Shown here piece by piece: positions 21,201 through 30,661 of a DNA stretch of 64,000 nucleotides (position 1 is its first letter; the number at the start of each line of letters is the position of its first letter). Where the stretch lies: the NCBI GenBank assembly GCA_963845065.1, contig CAWJQQ010000008.1, positions 64,001-128,000 of the forward strand. Reading direction: 5' to 3'. The position numbers and the translations under genes are program-made. The notes under the pieces are model-generated. The model was not told the origin of the DNA. It saw only the letters and a list, made by a program, of their open reading frames with translations, and searched no databases. This stretch comes from Nitrospirota bacterium (GTDB lineage Bacteria > Nitrospirota > UBA9217).

Positions 21201-22457
21201 TCATTGCAAGATCCGCTCGTAAGATTTTATTTTCCCAATTTCTCAGAAGTTCATTCCCATGCGATGGCCATGGCGTTTCGCTGGATGGGTCTGCACACTG
21301 GTGAGATTTCTCCGCTAGACCGGGGACAGCTCGAACGTGGCCTCCGATACACGTCGGGACGAGAGTGCCTTCCTCTGCCGCTCTGCATCGGACAACTGCT
21401 TAAGATCAAAGAAGATCGCGGACCCAATGAGATCGCAGGATTTTACATGCTGGAAGGCGGAGCACCATGCGTATTGGACGCATACTTGGACTACCTCAAG
21501 CGTTTCATCATGGAACAGCAATTGCTCGACTTTTTTTTGTTTGTTCCGACCGAAGAGAACGGCCAGAGCGCAATCGATAGAATAACCCTCGCAAAGCATA
21601 CGGCGCTCACACTCTTGGTAGCGGACCTCCTCGTGGAGATCGAGCACGTTCTCCGAGTCGTCGGTACTCAAGGCAGCGTGGATCAACTTAGGCAGGAGTG
21701 GCAGAGGTTTGTCGCCGCAGCAGACTCAGTGGACCGGTTCAAGACCGAGCTGTCCGGATTTATCGAGCGGATTGCAGCGCTGCCGCGCACTCGGGAACCG
21801 CAGGTTTGTCCGCGGGTAATTGTCATTGGTGACTTTTTCACTCGGTTCAGCCCGTTCTTCATGGACGGGGTCCGGGACCTCTATGCTGAACAAGGCATTA
21901 TCCTGAAACCTGTTGATATGACCGACCTGCTGTTTTATCACACCTATTACCCGGTGGCCGAGACGGCCCACGAATGGGGTATGAAGCCGGGCGGCCTGGC
22001 TCTGGTCAAAGCCTGTTCGAGAATACTCCGAAGGGACGGAAAGCAGTACATGCGGAACTGGATTGCTTATCAGGTTGAGAGATGGATCGAGGAAGACTAT
22101 CGTAGGTTGTTTGCGAAGACGGGTCTGCTCGTGGCAGGTCCAAATGATGCGGCTTCTCTGTTCGAGAAGGCCTCCGATTACGTGTCGCCGGTGATCTACG
22201 GTGAGATCCTCCCGACAGTAGGCCGGGGATTGGAAGCCGAAGCTGAAGGTTACGACGGAATCATCATTATTGGCCCGTTCAACTGCCTCCCGTTTCGCAT
22301 CTCGGAGGCGATCTTGAAACCGTTCGGCATCAGGCATGGGATGCCAGTTTTGACTTACGAGAGCGATGGCTACGCGGTTTCGCCGTCGGTGCTCCGGCAG
22401 GTGGACGTTCATATCCAGCAGGTTCTTGAGCACGCTGCCAGGATTCCAACGGCATAG
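18252..22457 (+). CDS. 2-hydroxyacyl-CoA dehydratase activase-related protein (two BadF/BadG/BcrA/BcrD ATPase domains plus DUF2229-type region)
   Basis: NKCAAGSGEF, GLDVGSTTTK, FEIGGQDSK, MNNACSAGTGSFLEE, FSCTVD, EIDAHTADAGVQTRLEAF, GPFNCLP. Confidence 0.92.
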   Translation: MLKIQPKRGNRLPQGTSSQPCSVGINIGAITVKVVALRGDSVFPRVKTHQGRPLEVLKEMLAGKEFKGADYFGVSGRRGHISEVAAIERALGEMGSDFDAVVSLGGESFLVYLLVNGRIANVLSHNKCAAGSGEFFVQQIGRMRLTIDEAIERSFGGKVVPLANRCSVHCKSDITHKLNRNEASLNDILHTLHDSMADKVVSLLEKGQRQLKRVLIIGGVSQNAALLYSLREKLLSTEIVVVPESLCFEAWGCALLTRDYPCYSSPKISLQPILDSFPPLHCQSGHVQVIAPLPRQPSPEGLLVLGLDVGSTTTKAILLDQSTKGIVASHYTRTQSDPVGATRECIRAIVQEAGNLRVGLIGTTGSARELVGAYLDTSHVYNEISAHAAGATHFDADVDTIFEIGGQDSKYIHLRNGVPVDYAMNNACSAGTGSFLEESAQGDLGISVSEIAEAALAATSPVQLKATCAAFINSDIRIAFQQGQSRENIIAGLVYAIAENYLTKVKGPRVVGKKVFLQGGVALNRAVGHAFAHSVDRTVVIPPNPELMGALGVALLALTRSHGEVDVATDLLSLALAEMASPGRFICKACRMHCSIDRFEVAGRRFPFGGRCNLYENVWKRNTRVIAAPDLVGQRAELIFGTADNHDERPTIDRGRPTIGIPRALLTHSLYPLYSTFFSSLGSDVILSGLDPHGELKSYSGFCFPAQTAHGAILDLAKRGVDLVFLPHVKRMPQHCGCRDSYLCPITQASPYFLAAAFSDVRFLSPVLDFTRGYECGPDLKEMVVREFGIGLEKIQQAWEAAKSAQVSVERAMQELGQQALERSLLEGKATIVLAGRSYNAYAPESSQSVGRKLSSMGVTVIPADCLASIEEGPFAWYFSNQVLNSMAMAKKYPNLFLVCISNFSCTVDAFTHARVASEMGSKPYLILEIDAHTADAGVQTRLEAFLDIVHNYQGAPAEQNRQFSLCHVGAGNTVIRSRGEAVSLQDPLVRFYFPNFSEVHSHAMAMAFRWMGLHTGEISPLDRGQLERGLRYTSGRECLPLPLCIGQLLKIKEDRGPNEIAGFYMLEGGAPCVLDAYLDYLKRFIMEQQLLDFFLFVPTEENGQSAIDRITLAKHTALTLLVADLLVEIEHVLRVVGTQGSVDQLRQEWQRFVAAADSVDRFKTELSGFIERIAALPRTREPQVCPRVIVIGDFFTRFSPFFMDGVRDLYAEQGIILKPVDMTDLLFYHTYYPVAETAHEWGMKPGGLALVKACSRILRRDGKQYMRNWIAYQVERWIEEDYRRLFAKTGLLVAGPNDAASLFEKASDYVSPVIYGEILPTVGRGLEAEAEGYDGIIIIGPFNCLPFRISEAILKPFGIRHGMPVLTYESDGYAVSPSVLRQVDVHIQQVLEHAARIPTA

Positions 22458-22595
22458 CGTATTTCTTTCAAGACCTTCAATTGCCAGCCGCGTCAGCCGG
22501 CTTGGTATAGAACATTTTTTCGGTTAAGACGAAGCAGCCGCTGTCCCTTAGGAAAATAGCGCGGGAAGCCCCACATGCTTTATGGTTGGAGTGCG

Positions 22596-23624
22596 TCAAG
22601 GATATGCTAGATTATTCATAAGTTCGATTGTTAATGCAATCCGGCCCGATTGTGATGGGAGGGCCGCGGTTTCATTTTTTATTTCGCCGATGAGCTTCAG
22701 CATATGCATGAGCTCTAGGAATTTTTGTGCATCAATTGTAACTACATAGATTCTATACGCATCAGTATATTCTCTCCGTGTTATTGATCCACCCAGCTTT
22801 GTTAAAGCTTGCTCAACATCCCCGCCTGCGACTTCAATGTCCTTTACTTGTACAATTACTGTGAGGCCAACCTTTTCAACTGATGTTGCGCTCAACGCTT
22901 TTCGTGTCTGGGATTCCGACTTTGATTTTATCTCCTCCCGCATCATTGCACCTGCTGCCTGCTGCTGCTGCATAGCCGGAGCGCGGGGTTGCGGTGCAGC
23001 TGCAAGTCTTTCTTCGGCAGCTTCCTTTTTTGCAACTGAGGTACGCTCATCCCGTCTTATTGGCGCGGGAGTCCCTGCCCGGTCAAGTGGAACTGCCGGT
23101 TCAGACCTCTCATATTCTGGTTTCATGTCCAGAGTCTTGTAACCCGGTGATTGCGGCACAGGTGATGGACGCGATGTAGGCTCATGCGCTTTGCCGATCT
23201 CATTTTTTCCACTGCTTGCTTGAGGTGTTTCCTTTTTGGCCGTAGACTCCCGAAGCTGCTTCTCGGAAGGTCTTATAACTGACGGAATATTACGGTATAT
23301 ATAGAATGCAGTGACGACAAGAAATAGTACTGCAACGGCCTGGATAGGCAGCTTGATGGAAAGCGGGAGAAACGACTTAGCGAAGAACCCTTTTAGTTTC
23401 AGTGACTCATCGCGCACGTTGGCCATAATCTTCTGTGTTATCCAAGCGGGTGGAGTCACTTCTTCGATGGTTTTGATGTGCTCGACAGTTTTCTGCAGTT
23501 TCCGGAGTTCGTCGCTGCAGAGGGAACAGTTCTTTAAGTGTTCCTCGATTGCGTTTCTCTCTGAAGCAGTAATAGAACCATCGATGTAGTACGAGAGTTT
23601 ATACCGAATAGATTTATGCTCCAT
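22596..23624 (-). CDS. Anti-sigma factor (zf-HC2, transmembrane, DUF2275-like)
   Basis: LSYYIDG...EEHLKNCSLC followed by a TM helix; TAATG coupling to the ECF sigma gene. Confidence 0.88.
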   Translation of the reverse strand: MEHKSIRYKLSYYIDGSITASERNAIEEHLKNCSLCSDELRKLQKTVEHIKTIEEVTPPAWITQKIMANVRDESLKLKGFFAKSFLPLSIKLPIQAVAVLFLVVTAFYIYRNIPSVIRPSEKQLRESTAKKETPQASSGKNEIGKAHEPTSRPSPVPQSPGYKTLDMKPEYERSEPAVPLDRAGTPAPIRRDERTSVAKKEAAEERLAAAPQPRAPAMQQQQAAGAMMREEIKSKSESQTRKALSATSVEKVGLTVIVQVKDIEVAGGDVEQALTKLGGSITRREYTDAYRIYVVTIDAQKFLELMHMLKLIGEIKNETAALPSQSGRIALTIELMNNLAYP

Positions 23625-24274
23625 TAAAGTTCTCCGATCACGCGTTTCAGGCAATCTTTGACCATTTCTCTCGCACGAAAAAGCCGCGACTTGACTGTAC
23701 CTTCGCGCACTTTCAGTATACTCCCAATATCTTCATAGGAAAAATCCTGCATATCACGGAGAATCAGTACCTCGCGAAATTCCGGCTTAAGCGCTTGAAT
23801 GCAGCTTTGAACCTTATTTTGTATGTCGCGTTTTTCGAGTTTGTCGAGCGCGGATGGCTCTTTTGACGGCAGGTCGATTGCGAACTGCCCGCCATTGGCT
23901 AGGAGTGGCTCATCCAGTGAAAAAGTTACTCGACCCAGCCGCGACTTCATATGCTTAATTCTGTTCTTCGAGAGATTAACAGTAATGGACGTAAGCCACG
24001 TTGTAAATTTCGCTTCTCCACGAAAGTTCTTGATGCTTTTGTATGCCGAAATAAAGGTATCTTGGACAACCTCACAGGCCTCATCGTAATCATTAATTAG
24101 GCGGAAGGCGACGTTGAGCATTTTTTTCTGGTGTTTTACAACAAGCTGTTCAAAGGCATCCAGGTTTCCTTCCTGGGAAGACAGAACGAGTTGGGAATCA
24201 TCATCTGCGGTCACGATTCCGGCGACTTCTTTTGTATAAGACAACTCTGGAATGGGATTTGTTCCTTTTTGCAT
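23624..24274 (-). CDS. ECF RNA polymerase sigma factor (sigma-70 group 4)
   Basis: AFEQLV, EVVQDTF, FRGEAKFTTWL, SYEDIGSILKVREGTVKSRLFRAR. Confidence 0.95.
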   Translation of the reverse strand: MQKGTNPIPELSYTKEVAGIVTADDDSQLVLSSQEGNLDAFEQLVVKHQKKMLNVAFRLINDYDEACEVVQDTFISAYKSIKNFRGEAKFTTWLTSITVNLSKNRIKHMKSRLGRVTFSLDEPLLANGGQFAIDLPSKEPSALDKLEKRDIQNKVQSCIQALKPEFREVLILRDMQDFSYEDIGSILKVREGTVKSRLFRAREMVKDCLKRVIGEL

Positions 24275-24364
24275 ATTGCCATTGATTTTATCGCAAACCG
24301 CTTACTTTTGCATCGGCAAAATGATATTATATATATATAATCATTTTAAAATAGGAGGCGTCAT

Positions 24365-24583
24365 ATGACAAAACAGGTGAAGATTTTTGGGAAAGCCGGG
24401 TGACCGCATACAGACAAGGCCAGGTCGGCTTTCGGTGACAATGCTGTATATTATGATGTTAAGACAGACAGTTCAAAACTGAACGAAATGTTGAAAATTT
24501 CGAAGGGCATACGAAAAGTTCCGGTCGTTGTCGAGGACGGGAAGGTGACCATAGGCTATGAAGGTGGCGCATGAGGCGTGTGA
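24365..24583 (+). CDS. Glutaredoxin-like selenoprotein with two Sec (UPHT active site and C-terminal UGV-stop; Uxx-star type)
   Basis: AGGAGG RBS. MTKQVKIFGKAG-U-PHTDKAR...RKVPVVVEDGKVTIGYEGGA-U-GV* with TGA at 24401 and 24572; a hairpin with an AGGT loop lies 17-18 nt after each UGA. Confidence 0.85.
24416..24432 (+). promoter_or_regulatory. SECIS-like hairpin 1
   Basis: AAGGCC-AGGTC-GGCTTT; the loop starts 18 nt after TGA 24401-24403. Confidence 0.65.
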
Positions 24584-24584
24584 C

Positions 24585-24603
24585 AACCAGCAGGTTGCTG
24601 GTT
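24585..24603 (+). promoter_or_regulatory. SECIS-like hairpin 2 (in the 3' UTR)
   Basis: AACCAGC-AGGTT-GCTGGTT; the loop starts 17 nt after TGA 24572-24574. Confidence 0.7.
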
Positions 24604-24682
24604 AAAAGAATTGTGGACTAGGGATTACGAAACACCCGTAGCACGATAATGCATTATTTCATACAAAGGAGAGAAGAAGCGA

Positions 24683-25240
24683 ATGAGGGTGGACAATTTT
24701 TTTCTTGATAAAAACGATACAATGCTCCTGATTATCGATATCCAAGAACGGCTTGCTGTGGTGATGAAAGAAAAGGACAAGGTCGTGAAGAACACCCAAC
24801 ACATGATTGAGCTAGCAAGGATGATCAACCTCCCCCTTGTGGTGACTGAGCAGTACCCCAAAGGACTCGGCAGGACCGTTCCGGAGCTGCAATCGAGCAT
24901 TCCCGGCTATAAGCCTATCGAGAAAACCACCTTCGACTGCTGTGGTGAACCTTCGTTCCTTTCCGAGATTAACAAGTTCGGGAAAAAGAAAATTATTGTG
25001 ACCGGGATGGAAACGCATGTATGTGTGCTTCAGACAACGACGAGCCTTTTACAGGCAGGATTCGTGACGCATGTGGTGCAGGACGCCATTTGCTCGCGCA
25101 CCAAGGAGAACTGGAAGACAGGGTTGGCTTTCATGCACGATGCCGGCGCTATCGTGACGTGCACCGAGACTGTGCTGTTCCAGTTGCTAAGAGTGGCGGG
25201 CACGGAGGAGTTCAAGAAGATTTCGCAGAGGATCAGATGA
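24683..25240 (+). CDS. Isochorismatase-family cysteine hydrolase
   Basis: LLIIDIQERL, TEQYPKGLG, EKTTFDC, GMETHVCVLQT. Confidence 0.93.
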   Translation: MRVDNFFLDKNDTMLLIIDIQERLAVVMKEKDKVVKNTQHMIELARMINLPLVVTEQYPKGLGRTVPELQSSIPGYKPIEKTTFDCCGEPSFLSEINKFGKKKIIVTGMETHVCVLQTTTSLLQAGFVTHVVQDAICSRTKENWKTGLAFMHDAGAIVTCTETVLFQLLRVAGTEEFKKISQRIR

Positions 25241-25333
25241 TATAACAGACAAAATTCGTCAATGTTACACAGGGGAATAAATGAAAAGGACCATTATGAT
25301 TTCAGATCACAGTATGGATTATGAGGCTACCAT

Positions 25334-26986
25334 ATGGCACTGCAAGAAATAATCCCGGATGATGTAAAAAAGGTCATCAAGGAAACTTTTTTAGAATCCC
25401 TCAAGGACGATGTCGTCCTTGAAGTCTTTACGCAGAAGGGAAAGAACGACCAGTTCAACGACGCGACGATTAACCTGGTCAAGACGCTTGCGGTTTTGTC
25501 CGACAAACTGAAGGTTTCCTTCCATACCGTCGGCGATGCGCAATCCGTAAAACGGAACGTCACCCGCTCACCATCGGTCCTCATCGCACCGGACAAGTAC
25601 CGTATGCGCTACACCGGTGCTCCCCTCGGCGAAGAAGGCCGCTCGTTTCTGATCGCGATCATGATGGCTTCCACCGGCAAGGGCCTTTTAACCGAACCCA
25701 TGGTAAAGAAAATTTCTGACGAACTTCGGGAAAAGCGGGACATCCAGGTCTTCGTTAGTCCCACCTGTCCGTACTGCCCGCAGCAGGTGCTGTCGGCCTT
25801 CTCGGCCGCACTCGCGAAACCCGCTCTGGTATCAGCGGAGAGTGTTGAGATATATGAGAATCAGGATCTCGCTGAAAGTCTCGGATCCCTGGCCGTTCCA
25901 CAGACATTTATGAACGGGACCTTCACCGGTGCAGGTCTTCAGCCTGAACCGTGGTTCGTCGAATCCCTCCTCTCGCTCAAAGAGCCACAGGTCGCATCGA
26001 CCCAGATCTCCGGTGAGCCAATCGAAAAGGATCTTGTCATTGTCGGTGGTGGACCGGCCGGGCTCACGACGGCGATCTATGCGGTGCGTGCGGGTCTCAA
26101 TAGCATCGTAATTGAAAGGAGCAACCTCGGAGGGCAGGTGATGATCACGCCTGTAGTCGAGAATTATCCCGGGTTTATGCGGATCGGGGGCAAGAGTCTT
26201 GTGGACCTCCTTGCGCAGCAAGCGGCACAGTACAGCGAAATTCACGTGGGCGAATTCGTGACAGAAGTGGAAAAGGACCGGTCGGACAACAGGATTCGGA
26301 TCAAGACGAATCACGCTATCTACATCACCAAGGGTCTGGTCATCTCCACAGGCGTTGGCAACCGGGTGCTGGAAGCAACAGGGGCTCAGAAATTCTACGG
26401 TAGGGGAGTGAGCTACTGCGCAACTTGCGACGGATACTTCTTCAAGGACGGAAAACAGGTCATTGTCGTGGGCGGTGGCAATACAGCAATCACGGATGCG
26501 CTTTACCTCCACAACATCGGAGCCAAAGTGACCCTTGTCCACCGTCGAGACTCGCTCCGGGCTGAGTCAAGGCTCCAGCAAAGCTTTAATCAGTCCGGAA
26601 TCACCGCGCTATGGAACAGTGAGGTGAAGGAGATTTCTGGCGACAAGATTGTGAAAGTGGTCAAAGTGGAAGACAAGCGAAACGGGAGTGTCAAGGATAT
26701 GGCCGTTGACGGAGTGTTCATTGCTATAGGCTACGTTCCGAACATTGAACTCGCAAAGCAGCTCGGGCTCGAACTTGACGACCAAGGATATATCAAGACT
26801 GACCTTGCAACGATGAGGACGTCCATGCCCAACGTATATGCAGCAGGAGACATTACGGGAGCGCCGAAGCAGATTGTGGTTGCCGTAGCGCATGGGTCGA
26901 TCGCCGCGATGACGGCGTTCGAGGATCTGACGAGCAGGACCTGGCTTACGGTGGAAAAGGCAGCAGAGGCCGTGCAGGTCGGCTAA
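25334..26986 (+). CDS. trxB: Thioredoxin reductase with fused N-terminal thioredoxin-fold (AhpF-NTD/PDO-like) domains
   Basis: FVSPTCPYCP in the N-terminal part; GGGPAG, GVSYCATCDG, GGGNTA, AAGDITG. Confidence 0.9.
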   Translation: MALQEIIPDDVKKVIKETFLESLKDDVVLEVFTQKGKNDQFNDATINLVKTLAVLSDKLKVSFHTVGDAQSVKRNVTRSPSVLIAPDKYRMRYTGAPLGEEGRSFLIAIMMASTGKGLLTEPMVKKISDELREKRDIQVFVSPTCPYCPQQVLSAFSAALAKPALVSAESVEIYENQDLAESLGSLAVPQTFMNGTFTGAGLQPEPWFVESLLSLKEPQVASTQISGEPIEKDLVIVGGGPAGLTTAIYAVRAGLNSIVIERSNLGGQVMITPVVENYPGFMRIGGKSLVDLLAQQAAQYSEIHVGEFVTEVEKDRSDNRIRIKTNHAIYITKGLVISTGVGNRVLEATGAQKFYGRGVSYCATCDGYFFKDGKQVIVVGGGNTAITDALYLHNIGAKVTLVHRRDSLRAESRLQQSFNQSGITALWNSEVKEISGDKIVKVVKVEDKRNGSVKDMAVDGVFIAIGYVPNIELAKQLGLELDDQGYIKTDLATMRTSMPNVYAAGDITGAPKQIVVAVAHGSIAAMTAFEDLTSRTWLTVEKAAEAVQVG

Positions 26987-27016
26987 ACGCTGCCGTCCCG
27001 TCCGGATATGGTTTTT

Positions 27017-27592
27017 TTAAAACTTCACTTTGGGCGTTTCTCTCTCTGTCTGCGGAACTTCGTAGTACTGCGCTTCATTTACTCCTGCCAGGGAAGCAAT
27101 GAACTTTCCGAACACTGTCCTGCGATAGGTGTCGAGGGTTTTCACATCGTCGTTATAGCGTTTACGCTCCACGGCAATCCTGTTCTCCGTGCCTTCCAAA
27201 CTGTCTTGTAACTTCAGGAATGACTCGTTCGCCTTGAGTTGGGGATAGGCTTCCTGGAGCATGAGGAGCCGTGAGAGTACACCTTCTAGCTGCTGGGATG
27301 ATTGGATCTTGTCCTTTACGGTGTTCGCCTGGAAGTATTTGGTCCGCGCATTCGCGATGTCTGTAAAAACATCTTTTTCGTGTTTTGCATAACCCTTGAC
27401 TGTCTCCACAAGGTTCGGGATTAGATCGTAACGCCGTTTCAGCTGATTCTCAACCTGTGCCCACTGCGACTTGACCTGCTCGTCCATTGCCACGACCTGG
27501 TTATACTGACTCACTCCCCACATAATAGTCAAAATCGCAGTCAATGCAATGACTGCGAAAATGATCAGTAATGTTTTTACTCCGTTGCTCAT
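27017..27592 (-). CDS. lemA: LemA family protein
   Basis: QVENQLKRRYDLIPNLVETVKGYA, YPQLKANE, TENRIAVERKRYN; GGAGG RBS. Confidence 0.95.
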   Translation of the reverse strand: MSNGVKTLLIIFAVIALTAILTIMWGVSQYNQVVAMDEQVKSQWAQVENQLKRRYDLIPNLVETVKGYAKHEKDVFTDIANARTKYFQANTVKDKIQSSQQLEGVLSRLLMLQEAYPQLKANESFLKLQDSLEGTENRIAVERKRYNDDVKTLDTYRRTVFGKFIASLAGVNEAQYYEVPQTERETPKVKF

Positions 27593-27693
27593 ATCTGCCT
27601 CCTCAATTTTTTTAAAATATTGCAAGGTTCTGCACCTTAAGCTTCTTCCTGCTGAGAAAAGGCTAATTCGAGAGGACCTTCATGATAAAGCAT

Positions 27694-28464
27694 CTACCAT
27701 CCTCCCGATGCTCCGCCCCCGCCCCCACTTCCGCCTCCACCACCGCCGAAGCTGCCTCCACCATAACCTCCTCCTCCTGCCCAGCCACCTCTCCCGCCTC
27801 CCAATTGCGAGGCCAGGATGATGAGGAAACATTGGCGAGGATGCGTTATGAAAAGAATGAGAGCAATCACGGCAAATACGATGACCATAATGGTTTGAAA
27901 TGTTCCAAGCGTTCTGCCGGTGTGAGCGTTGTAGGTCTGTTGAACTTCTGGCATTCCCGTAATTTGAACGCCCTCGTGAGACGCAATCGTATTTGCCACA
28001 ACGACTGTGGCAGTATAGATCGCCGAACCGTAATCGCCCTTTTTGAAATAAGGGACTAGATATTCGCGGCCGATCGTGCCTACCATGCTGTCGGGAAGAA
28101 CGCTTTCAAGGCCGTAGCCGATCTCGAAACGATACTCCCGGTCCTTTACTGCTACGACTATCAACACTCCATTGTCTTTGCCCTTTTGGCCGAGCTTCCA
28201 CATTTCTTTGGTATTGAATGAGAACTCATCGATGCTTTGGCCGTCCAGGCTCTGGACCGTGAGCACAAGAACCTGCGCCGTTGTCTTCTGCTCGAGTTCT
28301 TTGAGGTAGGCATTCAGCCGGGCTTGTATTTCTTCAGGGATTACTCCGGCCAGATCGACGACGTAGTCGTGCGGGACCGATGGCGGCTTCGGCGTGGAGG
28401 CAAGTGCGTTTGAAACGAAAAAGGATATGATGAGGAAAGACGTGACAATGAATTTATTAAACAT
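27694..28464 (-). CDS. TPM-domain (DUF477/YgcG-like) membrane protein with Gly-rich tail
   Basis: YVVDLAG, WKLGQKGKDNGVL, EIGYGLE, C-terminal GGSFGGGGGGSGGGGASGGW. Confidence 0.93.
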   Translation of the reverse strand: MFNKFIVTSFLIISFFVSNALASTPKPPSVPHDYVVDLAGVIPEEIQARLNAYLKELEQKTTAQVLVLTVQSLDGQSIDEFSFNTKEMWKLGQKGKDNGVLIVVAVKDREYRFEIGYGLESVLPDSMVGTIGREYLVPYFKKGDYGSAIYTATVVVANTIASHEGVQITGMPEVQQTYNAHTGRTLGTFQTIMVIVFAVIALILFITHPRQCFLIILASQLGGGRGGWAGGGGYGGGSFGGGGGGSGGGGGASGGW

Positions 28465-29203
28465 GGAGGTCATCGATGATCTTTTCTATGGACTCGAGAG
28501 CTCGGTAATATTTCTCGAAGAAAACACCCAGTTCCTGCGCCGAGGGTTTGATAAGATTGGCCTTGAGTTTGAGCAGGTGTTCGAAGATGTCAGTCTGAAG
28601 CCCTGCTGTATGGATAAATGTATGGATTACGTCCATTCTCTGGATAGGTGGTTCTTTGCCGAGGAGCGTGATGATCGCACGGAAGAGCGCCATCGAACCG
28701 GTTATGGATCGTACGAGGGATGCGGCGAGCTGTTTTTTTTTCCCCAATGACGAAATATATTCCTGCCGCACGCGGATTAGCTTGGTTTTTATCTCCCGCT
28801 CGCATTGGAGCCGGAGTTCGGGCCCGGCAATCAGCAAGTCGTTCAGGACGTCAGGTCCGTATATCGTCTTGTGGATGAGCTTGAAATCGAGGAACTCAAG
28901 CGGAAACGCCCCCAATGAACGGGTAATATACTCAGGAGTCATCACAAGCGGGGCGGCAATGCGCTTTTTGCCGTACTTTTTGCCAAGCGGCGCAAGATAT
29001 GTGATGAATCGAAGGTCCATGTTGTGCAGGAGAACAAGGGAATTGATGTCCGACAGTTTCTCATCATAATCCTGGATGACCGCGCTACCTACTATATGGA
29101 TGGAATGAAGGTTTGACTCATGGGCCTTGAAAAGGTCATCTATCATGGGTGTAATTTTTTTTGCTATAGCAGGATCCAGTCCCGAGAAATTGAGAGTAGC
29201 CAT
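28457..29203 (-). CDS. Nucleotidyltransferase-fold hypothetical protein of lemA/TPM operons
   Basis: GSAV...SDINSLV, FPLEFLDFK, LRLQCEREIK. Confidence 0.75.
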   Translation of the reverse strand: MATLNFSGLDPAIAKKITPMIDDLFKAHESNLHSIHIVGSAVIQDYDEKLSDINSLVLLHNMDLRFITYLAPLGKKYGKKRIAAPLVMTPEYITRSLGAFPLEFLDFKLIHKTIYGPDVLNDLLIAGPELRLQCEREIKTKLIRVRQEYISSLGKKKQLAASLVRSITGSMALFRAIITLLGKEPPIQRMDVIHTFIHTAGLQTDIFEHLLKLKANLIKPSAQELGVFFEKYYRALESIEKIIDDLHV

Positions 29204-29435
29204 AATGACGCATTATAGCACAGTATTGTGTGCTTCACAATGAAACAGGAGGCTCCGATTAACATATAAAAGCACAATGCAACAAAGAAAAAGAATTAGA
29301 GCTTTTAGTGGTCTAAAGGTGTACAATAACAAAGTTAAGAACCTAGGCGACCCCAATAATTGCTTTTCGATGAACGTTGCAGCGATAATCGCATCAGGAG
29401 TAAAAAAAACGATCTGAAGCTAAGGAGAACTCATA

Positions 29436-29840
29436 GTGGAAAAGTATTCTGCAGGTGAAAACGTTGCGTCCCATTGTACAAAATGCAAGCTAAGCCTCGA
29501 TCACGTCATTGTTGCCATGAACGGAGAATCGATCGTCAAAGTGCAGTGTAAAACCTGCGGCAGCACGCACAAATTCAGGAATCCTGCCGATCCCCCGAAG
29601 GTCCGCATCACAAGAGTGAAAAAAGAAAGTCAAAAAATTGATGCTGCTGCGGCAGAATGGGAAGCCGGGTTGGCCGGGGCCAGAGGAAAAGAACATGTTT
29701 ACAGCATGTCTATGAAATATCGTATCGGAGATGTTGTCGAGCATCACACCTTCGGTAAGGGCATTGTGCGGAAACTTTACATGAATAAGTGCGATGTGCT
29801 GTTTAAGGACAAGGAACGGCTGATGGCTTCAGCCAATTAG
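29436..29840 (+). CDS. Zinc-ribbon-containing conserved hypothetical protein
   Basis: CTKCK...HVIVAM...VQCKTCGSTHKFR; C-terminal GDVVEHHTFGKGIV; AAGGAG RBS with GTG start. Confidence 0.8.
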   Translation: MEKYSAGENVASHCTKCKLSLDHVIVAMNGESIVKVQCKTCGSTHKFRNPADPPKVRITRVKKESQKIDAAAAEWEAGLAGARGKEHVYSMSMKYRIGDVVEHHTFGKGIVRKLYMNKCDVLFKDKERLMASAN

Positions 29841-29963
29841 CATCCACTGGCAGGAAGAAGCTCCATCTGCGAGATAAGGCAGTTTAAGCGCTCAGGACTT
29901 AAACGAAAGTGATTAGATGTGCTGGAGCACGAGTAACACCGCTCCAGCTTTTTTTTCCACATT

Positions 29964-30512
29964 ATGACTCTCCATCCGACCAATATTGTCCTTATCGGCA
30001 TGCCCGGTTCGGGTAAAAGTACCGTCGGCATCGTATTGGCAAAACTGCTCGGGAAAAATTTTGTTGATACCGACGTCCTGATCCAGACGCAATACGGACG
30101 ATCCTTGCAGGACATAGTCGACAACAGCGGATACCTTGTCTTACGAGCGATCGAGGAAAAGGCACTACTCCGTCTCGTCATTAAAAGTCACGTAATTGCC
30201 ACGGGCGGCAGTGCCGTCTACAGTCGCTCTGCCATGGAACACCTTAAGGCGGATGGCACCATTGTTTTCCTGAACGTTGACTTGGCCACATTGAAAACGA
30301 GGGTCTGCGATTTTTCTATACGAGGCCTTGCAAAACAGCCAAGCCAGACCGTTGACGACCTTTTTGACGAGCGTTGCGCCCTGTACCAGAAATATGCGGA
30401 CATCACCGTTGATTGTGCCAGGCTGACACACGAAGAAGTTTGCGCTAAGATCATTCAGGAACTGAAAAAAATGGGCTCCGTACTAAGTAGTGAAGCGGTC
30501 AGCAAGGGCTAA
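29964..30512 (+). CDS. aroK: Shikimate kinase
   Basis: LIGMPGSGKST, FVDTD, VIATGGS, ER..LY. Confidence 0.88.
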   Translation: MTLHPTNIVLIGMPGSGKSTVGIVLAKLLGKNFVDTDVLIQTQYGRSLQDIVDNSGYLVLRAIEEKALLRLVIKSHVIATGGSAVYSRSAMEHLKADGTIVFLNVDLATLKTRVCDFSIRGLAKQPSQTVDDLFDERCALYQKYADITVDCARLTHEEVCAKIIQELKKMGSVLSSEAVSKG

Positions 30513-30661
30513 TACTTTTTTTCATCCTCGCGTTAAAAATATAAAATCCGAGTAGTGCATATTTTCGCTTACAATATGAACGAATTTTTCTCTTCAAATT
30601 TATTTTATATTGAGGTATCATATGCAATAATTATTAATTCGATAAGTTTCTGGAGCCACCT

